Part shown: positions 17,485-26,698 of the stretch, piece after piece
Layout of the letters: each line of letters opens with the position of its first letter
Position numbering within the stretch: the stretch's first letter is position 1
Assembly: GCA_016934325.1 (NCBI GenBank)
Contig: JAFGSV010000019.1
Coordinates: forward strand, 1,197 to 65,196
Reading direction: 5' to 3'
Source of the DNA: Candidatus Aenigmatarchaeota archaeon
GTDB lineage: Archaea; Aenigmatarchaeota; Aenigmatarchaeia; QMZP01; JAFGSV01
Length of the DNA stretch: 64,000 nt
Position numbers and translations under genes: made by a program
Notes under the pieces: generated by a model
The model's database searches: none
What the model saw: the letters and a program-made list of their open reading frames with translations, nothing else
What the model was told of the DNA's origin: nothing

Positions 17485-20076
17485 TTAGGGTTGTGTAATG
17501 GAATGGGTTCGCTCCTTCAACTGTGAAAATGCATTATCCAAGGGCCCGATTCTCTTCCCGGAATATCGGACATCTTTGCCATAAGAAGGTTGCGTGAATT
17601 TTGCCCCAAGATATATTCTTGATAGCCCGCCACTTGCGGCATAAGTTCTTGGCGTATGATTGTACATGACGAATTCTCCTTCAGGAACAGTATATCCTGA
17701 CTCATGATCCTTCACTTTCTCGGCTGCGACAAGGTATACCTTTTGAATCTGTCGCCTTTGACCATTCACTGTGGCACGGCCCGTGAACAGGTCAGAAAGA
17801 ACAGGATTTAAATTATACGAGGCAAGGACTTCATTGAAAGCGTGGAATATTTTGTTGTTTGTGCGGTAATGCGGTAATGTTGCTATGAAAAAGCCCTCGG
17901 GCACCAGCAAACCGTTGGTATCAATGAGTGTGTCCTCCACCTCCCTTTGAAATTTACTATCACCGTCATATCTTTGGGCAAGATACATCAGAGAATAGGA
18001 AGCTGTCACTAAATCGAACATCCCATTCCCAAAAAGCATATGCGCCTCTGCCATGTTGCCCTTCACATACTGCATCTTTCTTAAGCCACTCTTTACATGT
18101 TCCAGTTCTAATCCCTCGCATCTCTTCTTCGCTTCCTGTAGCATCCTCTCGTCTATATCCAGATTTACAATAGGTCTGCCGAGAGCTCTCGCCAGATTAG
18201 CGGACCCACATCCATAATCGAGTATTCTTCCGAATTTTCTTCCCCTCAGCTCTTCAAGTCCCTTAATCACCATAGTTACAAATCCAGCAGTTTTCGAGGG
18301 AGGCAGGTGACTATCATCCTCAATGGTGTAACTTCTTCGCATATTAGCAAATTTATCAGCGAACCGACCTTCTCCTGAACATGCCCTTTTGATTTCTTTG
18401 CTGCCTGCACCATAAAGCTCGACACTGCTTATCATGCCGCTCATGAATCTTTGTAATCTTCTGTCCTTGCTCTTTCTTGGAAGGCTGCCTAGTCCCTTAT
18501 TCGCTGCTTCTGTATGACTATCAGTATTCATCAATTTTTCTTCAACTTCATCCAATCTAAGCCCTTCATACAGTTTGTCTTTTAGAATACGGTCTTTTGC
18601 GATTCTCATATTATATGCGTCCAAGTCTATCGTTCCAGGAAGCCAAGTCGGCTTGAATTCAACCGCGTATTCGGTTTCCAGTGAATCCTTAGCTTTTATC
18701 ATGTAATCAGATAATTCAGAACTATTAGCCAAAACCGTATGGATATGGACCGGAGCAATTTGACCCTTCCTGTATCCCCTTCCAACAATTTCTCCATAAT
18801 CGCAGGGTGTGATTGCAGGCTCAAGAATGATTATATGTGAAGGCCTGTCATATGTTGTAAGAGGTATGCCCTCTCCCATTGTCTGTATGGTGTTGGCAAG
18901 TGCCCGTAGTTTTCCTTCGCGATACTGCTTGGCCATTTCTACCCTGTCCTCAATTCTATTTACGGTCCCGTCAATTCTTCCAACTCTTCTAGGCATTACC
19001 CTTTCAAGCCTTCTCGCAATTTCTTTGGTAACACCATCACGCAAATAAGAATATACCAAAATTTGTGATTCGCTGTCACCTTTGGCTATAGCATCCGCCA
19101 TATTCTCCAATGCATCATATTTTGATGCCAAAAGAGTTCTTCCGAGGAGCGGTATTTTCACCCCCGTGGGCATGTCCCCGTCTCTCCAGTATTTCATGTA
19201 CCTGTCTTTGTACTTGTCCTCCATATCAACGGAAACCGTGTCTTCACATAATTCGGGCAGATTGAATATCTCCTTCAGATCGTCCCTTGTGAAGGTCAAA
19301 AGCTTTCCCTGCATTTTCAAGTCCCTGAAAACAGCCGGATTCGAATTATAGTTAAAGGTACTAAGAGTATACCTGTCAGGGTCCAAGAGATGCAGCGCAA
19401 CACCAGCGTCTTTCAAACGATTTGGTATGGGATAAGCACTAAGAAGAACAACATATTTGTCCATGGTAGCTCTAATAATTTCATCGATAATCCTGGTCTT
19501 GTTTGATTTTGGATTTTTCAATAATTGGCATTCATCGAATACAAGTATATCTGGACCTTTGCTACTTTGGCACCATGATAAGAATCTTGAAAAGTATGAA
19601 TTATCAGCCCTTGCTTCCGGTCTCGTATAGCCGAATTTATGATAATTGACCGCTGCCATATCAAAGTCCGAGTCCAAAAGGGAAAGGTCGCTTCTGCCCA
19701 TAACGGGAACAACTTGCATAGGATCCATTCCCATAGCTTCACGGTAGCTGTTCTGCTCCTCCTCGGTCCATGCAGTCTGAATGGCCTGATTTGGTGCCCA
19801 GACCGCTGTCCTTGCAGGTCTTCCGATTTCTTCGGAAAGCAGTGAATGCAGCAGGTTTGTGACAAACGTTTTTCCTGATGATGTCGCATCCGCACAAAGA
19901 ATTCTCTTGTTTCCATTGTTCAAAGCCTCATATACCCTCCTGGTTTGATGTGCGGTGGGTGTGATTTCTCCTGTACTCCTTTTGCATAGGCCAGACCAGA
20001 AATCCACAAATTTGTTGCACTCAGCCAATGCTGCCTGCCTGGTTTCTGTTGAAATTGCGTTTTTCTGTCCCATCAT
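17485..20076 (-). CDS. SNF2-family SF2 helicase fused to a C-terminal class-I SAM-dependent methyltransferase
   Basis: Helicase motifs are I CADATSSGKT, Ia VWAPNQAI, II VFDECQLLKN, III LLSAYPIPNR, V TMGEGIPL and VI GRGYRKGQ. The C-terminal MTase has motif I ILDYGCGSANLARAL, an acidic post-I NLDID, FDLVTASYSLMYL and LVPEGFF. No (D/N/S)PP(Y/F/W) DNA-MTase motif was seen. Confidence 0.8.
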   Translation of the reverse strand: MMGQKNAISTETRQAALAECNKFVDFWSGLCKRSTGEITPTAHQTRRVYEALNNGNKRILCADATSSGKTFVTNLLHSLLSEEIGRPARTAVWAPNQAIQTAWTEEEQNSYREAMGMDPMQVVPVMGRSDLSLLDSDFDMAAVNYHKFGYTRPEARADNSYFSRFLSWCQSSKGPDILVFDECQLLKNPKSNKTRIIDEIIRATMDKYVVLLSAYPIPNRLKDAGVALHLLDPDRYTLSTFNYNSNPAVFRDLKMQGKLLTFTRDDLKEIFNLPELCEDTVSVDMEDKYKDRYMKYWRDGDMPTGVKIPLLGRTLLASKYDALENMADAIAKGDSESQILVYSYLRDGVTKEIARRLERVMPRRVGRIDGTVNRIEDRVEMAKQYREGKLRALANTIQTMGEGIPLTTYDRPSHIIILEPAITPCDYGEIVGRGYRKGQIAPVHIHTVLANSSELSDYMIKAKDSLETEYAVEFKPTWLPGTIDLDAYNMRIAKDRILKDKLYEGLRLDEVEEKLMNTDSHTEAANKGLGSLPRKSKDRRLQRFMSGMISSVELYGAGSKEIKRACSGEGRFADKFANMRRSYTIEDDSHLPPSKTAGFVTMVIKGLEELRGRKFGRILDYGCGSANLARALGRPIVNLDIDERMLQEAKKRCEGLELEHVKSGLRKMQYVKGNMAEAHMLFGNGMFDLVTASYSLMYLAQRYDGDSKFQREVEDTLIDTNGLLVPEGFFIATLPHYRTNNKIFHAFNEVLASYNLNPVLSDLFTGRATVNGQRRQIQKVYLVAAEKVKDHESGYTVPEGEFVMYNHTPRTYAASGGLSRIYLGAKFTQPSYGKDVRYSGKRIGPLDNAFSQLKERTHSITQP

Positions 20077-20084
20077 GCACCACC

Positions 20085-21422
20085 TTACAAACCTGCCCCA
20101 AGTCGCTCTAAATCTTTAAGATAGTTTCTCGCTTGCTGGGGGTTTCGCATCCTTTCTATAACGTCCATATGATACCTCGAAAGAATTCTTCCCGCAGTTT
20201 CCGATTCGACGTTAAGTTCAGCAAGGGACATTTCCAATGCTTCCGAGTCCTCGAATCCATTGGAAGGATCATTAGATGATTCATCCAGTCTTATCACGCC
20301 AAGATTCATTTTTGGCATTGTATAAACCAATCGTGCTAAGGCATCAGGGCTGGTCCTGCTTTTTTGTCCATTCAGTTTCTCATAAATTAATCTGCCAGCT
20401 GTTCCAGCCATTTGCATGCTTTCAGTATCTGTCGAATACCTTGAAGCTATTCGGTAAGCGTCAATTGTACCCGCTGAATCTGGTGATGCCTTCAACAATT
20501 CTTCAGAAGTAAAAGGTTTTATACCGTAGTTTAACTTTTTAGCAATAATTATTTTTTGTTTAAGTTCTTCCAAATCGATGCCCATTGCTATTGCTGCTGC
20601 ATTAAGGACTTTTTCATTTCTTAAGTAAACCATTGCACTTTTTCCATTATACCCAAAAACATCAGCTATAGAATCCATAGTGCCTTCATTGGAAGCATAT
20701 CGGGTAACCATTTGGACTTTATCATCAAAAGGTAGCCTTTTATTACTATGTTTTTCATCTAAATCTTCGATTCTTTGCCTTAATTCAGACACTGTTATAC
20801 CAATTGATTCTGCTGCGGAGGAAAGAATGTCGTCGTTTCTTAAATATTTTAAACAAGAAGTTCTACTACATCCAAAATCACGAGCTATAGAAGCCACAGT
20901 GCCTTCATTGGAAGCATATCGGGTAACCATTTGGACTTTATCATCAAAAGGTAGCCTTTTTCGATTTGTAAAATTTCCCCCTACCCTCATCATTTTTTGT
21001 TTTAATTCAGAAACTGTTATACCCATTGATTCGGCTGCAGCGGTAATAATATCTTCTTTTTTCAAAGAATATCCTAAAATCCATTCACGACATCCAAAAT
21101 CATCAGCGACAGAATCCATAGTGCCTTCATTGGAAGCATATCGGGTAACCATTTGGACTTTATCATCAAAAGGTGTATCTTTATTATGCTTATTATAAAT
21201 CCTTGCATTAATTATTCCTTGTTTCAATTCAGGCACGGTTATACCCATAGAATTAGCCGCAGCGTATAGAATTTCATTGTTGCTTAGACAATTTGTAACT
21301 GATTTTTTATGGCATCGAAAATCACGAGCTAAAGAAGACAAAGAGCCTTTATTTTTAGCATATCGGGTAACTATTTGGACTTTATCTTTGAATGAAATTC
21401 TATTTATACTTGGCATATTCAC
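20085..21422 (-). CDS. Protein made of four tandem ~73-aa double-HTH-like modules plus a unique C-terminal region
   Basis: The module (P/S)F(D/K)DKVQ(M/I)VTRYA(S/K)N(E/K)G(T/S)..S.A.DF(G/R)C...(N/D).(I/V)L.AAA.(S/A)(M/I)GI(T/D)(V/L).EL(K/R)Q occurs four times. It resembles transposase/terminase-type HTHs. The stop lies 8 nt before the helicase start codon. Confidence 0.7.
   Translation of the reverse strand: MNMPSINRISFKDKVQIVTRYAKNKGSLSSLARDFRCHKKSVTNCLSNNEILYAAANSMGITVPELKQGIINARIYNKHNKDTPFDDKVQMVTRYASNEGTMDSVADDFGCREWILGYSLKKEDIITAAAESMGITVSELKQKMMRVGGNFTNRKRLPFDDKVQMVTRYASNEGTVASIARDFGCSRTSCLKYLRNDDILSSAAESIGITVSELRQRIEDLDEKHSNKRLPFDDKVQMVTRYASNEGTMDSIADVFGYNGKSAMVYLRNEKVLNAAAIAMGIDLEELKQKIIIAKKLNYGIKPFTSEELLKASPDSAGTIDAYRIASRYSTDTESMQMAGTAGRLIYEKLNGQKSRTSPDALARLVYTMPKMNLGVIRLDESSNDPSNGFEDSEALEMSLAELNVESETAGRILSRYHMDVIERMRNPQQARNYLKDLERLGAGL
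20670..21175. repeat. Intragenic tandem repeat: about 60-bp near-identical cores spaced 219 and 222 bp apart (three copies, plus a diverged fourth near 21358)
   Basis: The string gtgccttcattggaagcatatcgggtaaccatttggactttatcatcaaaaggt occurs starting at 20680, 20899 and 21121. A diverged copy (gcatatcgggtaactatttggactttatc) starts at about 21358. Confidence 0.85.
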
Positions 21423-21483
21423 ACCTATTTACTACTAAAATATAACTAATAATGTTTAAATAGCTTATTTTGAGGTTCTCATA

Positions 21484-22815
21484 GTGATACAAATAAAAAT
21501 AGCCACAAACATAAATTGCTTTATGCAGAGAACTTATTCCAGTCACGTTAAGGTCGGGAACCATGTCATGGTCAAAGGATGGATAGCCAAGGTCAGGGAC
21601 CTGGGCGGTCTCAAGTTCTTCCTGCTCAGGGACAGGACCGGTACCATACAGGTAACGGCGAAGAAGGGCAAGGTTTCAGATGCGATCATCAAGAAGTTCG
21701 GCGAGCTCGGCAGGGAGGACTGCGTCTCGGTCGAGGGGAAGGTTACCGCAGCGAAGCAAGCTCCGGGAGGCAGGGAGCTCGTCCCGGAAAAGCTCGAGAT
21801 AGTCTCCAAGTCCGAAACGAAGCTTCCCATAGACGTGTTCGGCAAGATCGAATCCGGGAAGGACAAGAGGTTCGACTTCAGGTTCCTTGACATCAGGGAT
21901 CCCAAGCTGCAGGCCATATTCAGGATCAAGGCTGTAGCTATTAACAGCATCCGTGATTATTTCGTCAAGTCCGGATTCATAGAAGTGCATACGCCTGTGA
22001 TACAGGCAGCGGGAGCGGAAGGGGGAGCAACGATGTTCCCGGTGATATATTACAACCGCGAAGCCTTCCTTCGGCAGAGCCCGCAGCTCTACAAGCAGAT
22101 GCTGATGGCATCGGGCATGGACGGGGTCTTCGAGATCGGCCAGGCCTTCAGGGCCGAGAAGTTCCATACATCCAGGCATGTGTCCGAGTTCCTTTCCGTC
22201 GATTTCGAGCAGGCATGGATCGAGAGCGAGGAGGACATAATGAATACCCTCGAAAGGATGGTCGCCCATTCGCTCAGGGAGATAGCGAAAGATTGCAAGG
22301 ACGAGCTGGAGACGCTCGGCAGGAAGGTCAAGGTCCCCGAGCTTCCGCTGAGAAGGGTTACCTATGATGATATGGTGAAGACGCTGAGCAAGGCAGGCAC
22401 CCCTCTGGAATGGGGGGACGACATAGAGGACGCCCAGGAGAGGAAGATGGGCGAGATACTGGCGAAGAAGGGCATAGAATGGTACTTCATCACGAAGTTC
22501 CCCTCGAAGATAAAGCCGTTCTACATAATGCTCGACGGCGAGGTGAGCAGGGGCCTGGACCTGGACTACAAGGGCCTCGAGATGGCGAGCGGCGGCCAGA
22601 GGGAGCATAGGTACGACATCCTGAAGAAGGTCATGAAGCAGAAGGGCCTCGACCCGCACAAGTTCGAGTTCTATCTGGAGCCTTTCAGGTACGGGATGCC
22701 TCCGCACGGGGGGATAGGCTTCGGCGTCGAGAGGATGGTCGAGAAGATCCTCGACCTGCCCGACATAAAGGAGGCAATCCTCTTCCCAAGGACTCCGGAG
22801 AGGCTCGTGCCTTAA
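21484..22815 (+). CDS. aspS: Aspartyl-tRNA synthetase, archaeal type
   Basis: OB N-domain VMVKGWIAKVRDLGGLKFFLLRDRTGTIQV. Class II motifs FRAEKFHTSRHVSEFLSVDFE and GGIGFGVERMV. The probable true start is the ATG at 21523 (MQRTYSSHV), since the track start is GTG. Confidence 0.9.
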   Translation: MIQIKIATNINCFMQRTYSSHVKVGNHVMVKGWIAKVRDLGGLKFFLLRDRTGTIQVTAKKGKVSDAIIKKFGELGREDCVSVEGKVTAAKQAPGGRELVPEKLEIVSKSETKLPIDVFGKIESGKDKRFDFRFLDIRDPKLQAIFRIKAVAINSIRDYFVKSGFIEVHTPVIQAAGAEGGATMFPVIYYNREAFLRQSPQLYKQMLMASGMDGVFEIGQAFRAEKFHTSRHVSEFLSVDFEQAWIESEEDIMNTLERMVAHSLREIAKDCKDELETLGRKVKVPELPLRRVTYDDMVKTLSKAGTPLEWGDDIEDAQERKMGEILAKKGIEWYFITKFPSKIKPFYIMLDGEVSRGLDLDYKGLEMASGGQREHRYDILKKVMKQKGLDPHKFEFYLEPFRYGMPPHGGIGFGVERMVEKILDLPDIKEAILFPRTPERLVP

Positions 22816-22839
22816 TTTTTCTATCTGAAAATTCTAATT

Positions 22840-23361
22840 TCAAGCAATTTCGGATACGTAAATATTCCACATCTCTCTCCATAAAATATTCGGATGGTTT
22901 GCGCCGGTCAGAAGATTTGCAGTTCTTCTTCCATAAACTGATTCTGAAATCTTGAATGGAATATTGCCAAATGGCTGATAACCCTGGATCATCTCACCCA
23001 ACATGTTAGAGTGGTTGTTCAAAACGTGTTCAATAAAAGCGATCGACTTCTCACCGTTTTCAATCAGTGAAGCGCGAATTATTTTCCCTCCCATGAATGA
23101 TGTATAATCGTCGCAGAGGTATGAAAATACAACCTCATTGGATTGATAAGTCCTGAGCAATTTCTCAGGTCTATCGCTTATTGGTTTGAACCTTTTGTAT
23201 GGTCCCATACTTTCATGAATTTCTTTATCATCACGAAAGAAGCTATCCAGGGCATCAATCTGTTCCCTTCCCGATTCGGTAGATATTGATGCCGGATAAT
23301 CGGTTATTACATATCCGATGCCATCGAATTCCTCCATAGGTTCGTAACCCATATTCATCAA
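22840..23361 (-). CDS. Hypothetical protein (173 aa), AT-rich, 14 nt downstream of propeller paralogue 1
   Basis: Clean ORF, soluble composition, no motif recognised. Confidence 0.45.
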   Translation of the reverse strand: MMNMGYEPMEEFDGIGYVITDYPASISTESGREQIDALDSFFRDDKEIHESMGPYKRFKPISDRPEKLLRTYQSNEVVFSYLCDDYTSFMGGKIIRASLIENGEKSIAFIEHVLNNHSNMLGEMIQGYQPFGNIPFKISESVYGRRTANLLTGANHPNILWREMWNIYVSEIA

Positions 23362-23375
23362 CCCGAATTTTCCCT

Positions 23376-24656
23376 TTAGAATTCTTCATCCACCTGGTAT
23401 TTTCCCTTCGCCATGTACTGATTCGATACCTGATAGGTAATCCTTGACTTGTAAGCGCCCTCGAAATCGTCTTCCTTCCCGATATCCAGTTCGTATCTTT
23501 TCTTCCCTGACTCTTCGACATGTGCCTGAGGGATCATCATCTTTATCTCGTAGCCCTCGAATGGGGGCGGGATGAAAGCAGGGCCCCCTTCTGCCCTGAA
23601 CTTCCAGAGAAGGCTCTTGTTCTCGATATCGAGGCAGTAGAGGTTGCAGTCCCATGAGGAGAAGAAAAGCCTGCCTTCATGAACAACCGGCTGGATGTAG
23701 ACGAAGCCCTCCGTCTTGAATGACCAGAGCTTCTGCCCGTCGAGTGAGAGGGAATATATGTTATAGTCCTCGCTGCCTATGAATATCTTGTCATCATGGA
23801 TTGCAGGGGCGCCGAAAGGCTCCCTGTTTACATACTTCCATATTTGTTTTCCATCCGGGGTGAGCGCGAACAGAAGTCCGTCCCTCGATGCGTGGTATAA
23901 TATTCCTTTATAGACTACAGGCGATGCGGCGTTGCCGTAAATTCCGGTTGGAAACTTCCATAGCAGTTCACCGGTATTGGCATCGAGGGCCCTGAGGAAA
24001 TTGTCAAAAGAACCGAAATATACAACTCCATCATGCACTAATGGAGGGTGCATGTTGTGGTTTTCGCCTTGGGTGGTGAATTTCCATATGAGATTTCCGG
24101 TATCGGCGTTTAGGCAGTAGAAGTTCTTGTCAAAGGATCCTATGTAGACCTTATTTTTATGAACACTCGGGCTTGCCGATATCTCATCGAACGTCTTGAA
24201 CTTCCATATCAGGGAACCGGTCATTGCACCCAGAGCGTACACATTATGGTCCTTGGAACCAAAATAAACAATCCCGTCTGCAACTGAAGCTTTTGAGTCA
24301 ATCTGGCCTTCAGTCTTGAACTTCCATTTCAGTTTCCCTGTCTCCGCATCCAGGCAATAGAGATTGTAATCAAAGGAACCGATATAGATGTTTCCGTTCC
24401 AGTGGGTGGGCGACGATTCAAGAATTATTCCCCGGGTTTCGAATTTCCATTTCAGCTGGCCAGTTCTAACATCCACAGCATAAACGTTTCTGTTGCATGA
24501 ACCGAAAAATATTGTATCACTGTGTATTTCGGGTATTTGAAGTATGCTGCCGCCGTAACCGATATTCCACATCCTGTCGAATTTCCTCGACTTCTTCAGC
24601 TCGAATTCCTGCATCTCGGTCGAAAATTCGTCGAACGTGAACTGTCCCTCTTCCAT
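23376..24656 (-). CDS. Cytoplasmic PQQ-like (BamB/YVTN-type) beta-propeller repeat protein, paralogue 1 (AT-rich copy)
   Basis: Has about eight ~40-aa repeats of the type G.(I/V)Y.GS.D..(L/F)Y(A/C)(L/V)D..TG.L.WKF.T. No signal peptide. The start is set at the ATG at 24656 (MEEGQFTFDEFSTEMQEFE), by analogy with the paralogues. The track start at 24668 is GTG. Confidence 0.8.
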   Translation of the reverse strand: MEEGQFTFDEFSTEMQEFELKKSRKFDRMWNIGYGGSILQIPEIHSDTIFFGSCNRNVYAVDVRTGQLKWKFETRGIILESSPTHWNGNIYIGSFDYNLYCLDAETGKLKWKFKTEGQIDSKASVADGIVYFGSKDHNVYALGAMTGSLIWKFKTFDEISASPSVHKNKVYIGSFDKNFYCLNADTGNLIWKFTTQGENHNMHPPLVHDGVVYFGSFDNFLRALDANTGELLWKFPTGIYGNAASPVVYKGILYHASRDGLLFALTPDGKQIWKYVNREPFGAPAIHDDKIFIGSEDYNIYSLSLDGQKLWSFKTEGFVYIQPVVHEGRLFFSSWDCNLYCLDIENKSLLWKFRAEGGPAFIPPPFEGYEIKMMIPQAHVEESGKKRYELDIGKEDDFEGAYKSRITYQVSNQYMAKGKYQVDEEF

Positions 24657-24773
24657 GGCAAAACGCACCTCAAAGAATAAGAAAAAGTATCAGTTTATAA
24701 AATTATGAAATGATAATTTTAACAAATTAACAAAATATTTAAATATTAGGTTATAAAGATAAATCGTGAAATC

Positions 24774-25769
24774 ATGAAAATGATAAAACTTGACGCGAAG
24801 GACAGGAAAATCCTTTACGAGCTGGACAAGAACAGCAGGCTTTCCAACTCGGAGATAGGAAGGCGGGTGAGGCTGAGCAAGGAGGTCGTCAAGTACCGGA
24901 TAGACAGGATGATGAAGGACGGCCCGATAGTAAGGTTCTACACACTGACCAATTATTTCAAGATAGGCATTGTTAAATACAAGCTCTATCTTCGGCTGAG
25001 GGATGTCAACAACGAGAAGATAGAGGAAATCGCGGAATACTTCAGGAGCCACAGGAAGACGGAATGGGTCGTGACTTGCACCGGGCGATGGGACATGATA
25101 ATAGGCTTCCTGGTCCGCAACATCAACGAGTTCGACATGGAAGTGCAGAACCTGATGAACAGGTTCTCGCAGCACATACAGGAGAAAGCCATGACGACCA
25201 CACTGTACCTTGCGCATCATCTCAGGGAATTCCTCAGCGATTCCGAAACCAGGGAAATGAAAAGGGTTATATACCACACGTCTGCAGACAAGCAGACGGG
25301 GGTTGACGAGACCGACCTCGAGATAATAAGGATCATAACGAACAACGGGCGGATGCCTGTGAGGGAGATCGCAAAAAGGCTGCATACTACCCCGCGTGTC
25401 ATACAGTACAGGATGAGAAGGATGGAAAAGGAGAACATCATTCTGGCCTACAAGGTCCATCTCGACCCCAAGAAGATGGGCAATATCTTCTGCAAGGCCA
25501 TCATATATCTCCGCCCCTCGACGAAAGAGCGGCTGAACGAATTTGTCAATTACTGCTCATCGCTGCCGGACGCGGTCTGGCCTCAGAGGGTGATGGGAAC
25601 GTGGGACTTCGAGTTAGACTTCGAGATAGAAAGCTACGACAGGTTCCAGGGCGTCCTGTTCGACATAAAGGAAAAGTTCTCGGACATCGTCCAGTCCCAC
25701 GAGTTCGTAATAATCTCCAAGGAGTTCAAGCTGGACTTCTTCCCCGGCTGCTATCCCGAATTGAACTGA
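24774..25769 (+). CDS. Tandem (duplicated) Lrp/AsnC-family transcription regulator
   Basis: Two HTH_AsnC-like units, LDAKDRKILYELDKNSRLSNSEIGRRVRLSKEVVKYRIDRMMKDG and DETDLEIIRIITNNGRMPVREIAKRLHTTPRVIQYRMRRMEKEN. Each is followed by an effector-domain-sized segment. 331 aa. Confidence 0.75.
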   Translation: MKMIKLDAKDRKILYELDKNSRLSNSEIGRRVRLSKEVVKYRIDRMMKDGPIVRFYTLTNYFKIGIVKYKLYLRLRDVNNEKIEEIAEYFRSHRKTEWVVTCTGRWDMIIGFLVRNINEFDMEVQNLMNRFSQHIQEKAMTTTLYLAHHLREFLSDSETREMKRVIYHTSADKQTGVDETDLEIIRIITNNGRMPVREIAKRLHTTPRVIQYRMRRMEKENIILAYKVHLDPKKMGNIFCKAIIYLRPSTKERLNEFVNYCSSLPDAVWPQRVMGTWDFELDFEIESYDRFQGVLFDIKEKFSDIVQSHEFVIISKEFKLDFFPGCYPELN

Positions 25770-25798
25770 TTCAGAGGCGCTGCATTAAAGGCTCTTGA

Positions 25799-26689
25799 TC
25801 AACCCTTCCTTCTCCCATGGTTCCATTTGACGTACCTCTCAGCAACAGTGTCGAAGAAGGGAATCTTATGGAGAACTGGATTGACCTGCCTCTTGAACAC
25901 CCTGATGGCATCGATATCATCCATCTCCTTCTTCTTGAGCTTCCAGCCGAATATGTCAATGTTCTCCTTGAGATGCTCAACTGAGCTCGACTTTGGGATG
26001 ACGGCCATGCCGTGCTGGACCAGCCAGCGCAGGCTCACCTGTGCCGGGGTCTTTCCGTGGCCCTCAGCGATGCGTTTCAGCACGCCATCATCGAGTAACT
26101 CGGTTCGGGCAAGCGGGGAATATGCGGTGAGAACGATGCCGCTCCCCTTGCAGAAATCGAGCAGGTCCCCCTGGTACAGGTGCGGATGGAATTCGACCTG
26201 GTTCACCGAAACCGGTATCCTCGAGGCGTCAAGCGCCTTCTTGCACCATTCCATGTCGAAGTTGCTGACGCCTGTGCTCCTGACCATCCCATTGTCAACA
26301 AGCTCTGCCATAGCGCCCATGGTCTCCCCTATGGGGACACTGCCGCTCGGCCAATGAATCAGGTAAAGGTCCAGGTATGACGTGCCCAGCAGCTTAAGAG
26401 AGTTTTCGCAAGCCTTGAGCAAATCGCCCCGGCACAGGTTGGACGCCCATACCTTTGAAACCAGGAAAAGGTCCGACCGGTCGAATCCCTTTATGGCTCT
26501 CCCTATCTCATGCTCGTTGCCGTACAGCTCCGCGGTGTCTATGTGCCTGTACCCGAGCTCTATAGCTTGCCTGACGATCTTCTCGCAGAGCGCGCCGGTG
26601 AGCCGCCAGGTGCCAAGCCCCAGGACGGGTATGCTGTGGCCGCTCCTGAGCTTCAGGCTCCTCTTATCCATACCAATCATCCAGACCAA
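25799..26689 (-). CDS. Aldo/keto reductase
   Basis: LRSGHSIPVLGLGTWRL, GYRHIDTAELYGNEHEIG, DLFLVSKVW, LDLYLIHWP and IPKSSSVEHLKENI are AKR family signatures. The likely start is the internal MDKRSL. Confidence 0.85.
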   Translation of the reverse strand: MVWMIGMDKRSLKLRSGHSIPVLGLGTWRLTGALCEKIVRQAIELGYRHIDTAELYGNEHEIGRAIKGFDRSDLFLVSKVWASNLCRGDLLKACENSLKLLGTSYLDLYLIHWPSGSVPIGETMGAMAELVDNGMVRSTGVSNFDMEWCKKALDASRIPVSVNQVEFHPHLYQGDLLDFCKGSGIVLTAYSPLARTELLDDGVLKRIAEGHGKTPAQVSLRWLVQHGMAVIPKSSSVEHLKENIDIFGWKLKKKEMDDIDAIRVFKRQVNPVLHKIPFFDTVAERYVKWNHGRRKG

Positions 26690-26698
26690 GAAAACCGG

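Noticed and set aside
17485-18400. Calling the helicase-fused methyltransferase a restriction-modification-type DNA methylase
   Set aside because: No (D/N/S)PP(Y/F/W) or C5-MTase PC/ENV motifs were visible. Only generic class-I SAM-binding motifs were seen, so the substrate is left open.
20670-21175. Regularly spaced identical ~60-bp repeats, considered as a CRISPR-like or satellite array
   Set aside because: The repeats are in frame inside one long ORF, the spacers are themselves homologous (protein modules), the period is about 220 bp, and no cas genes are nearby.
21676-22707. 343-aa minus-strand ORF opposite aspS, and 24690..25460 opposite the Lrp-like gene
   Set aside because: The plus-strand frames carry class II aaRS motifs and AsnC-type HTHs respectively. 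The antisense ORFs have no motifs and skewed composition.
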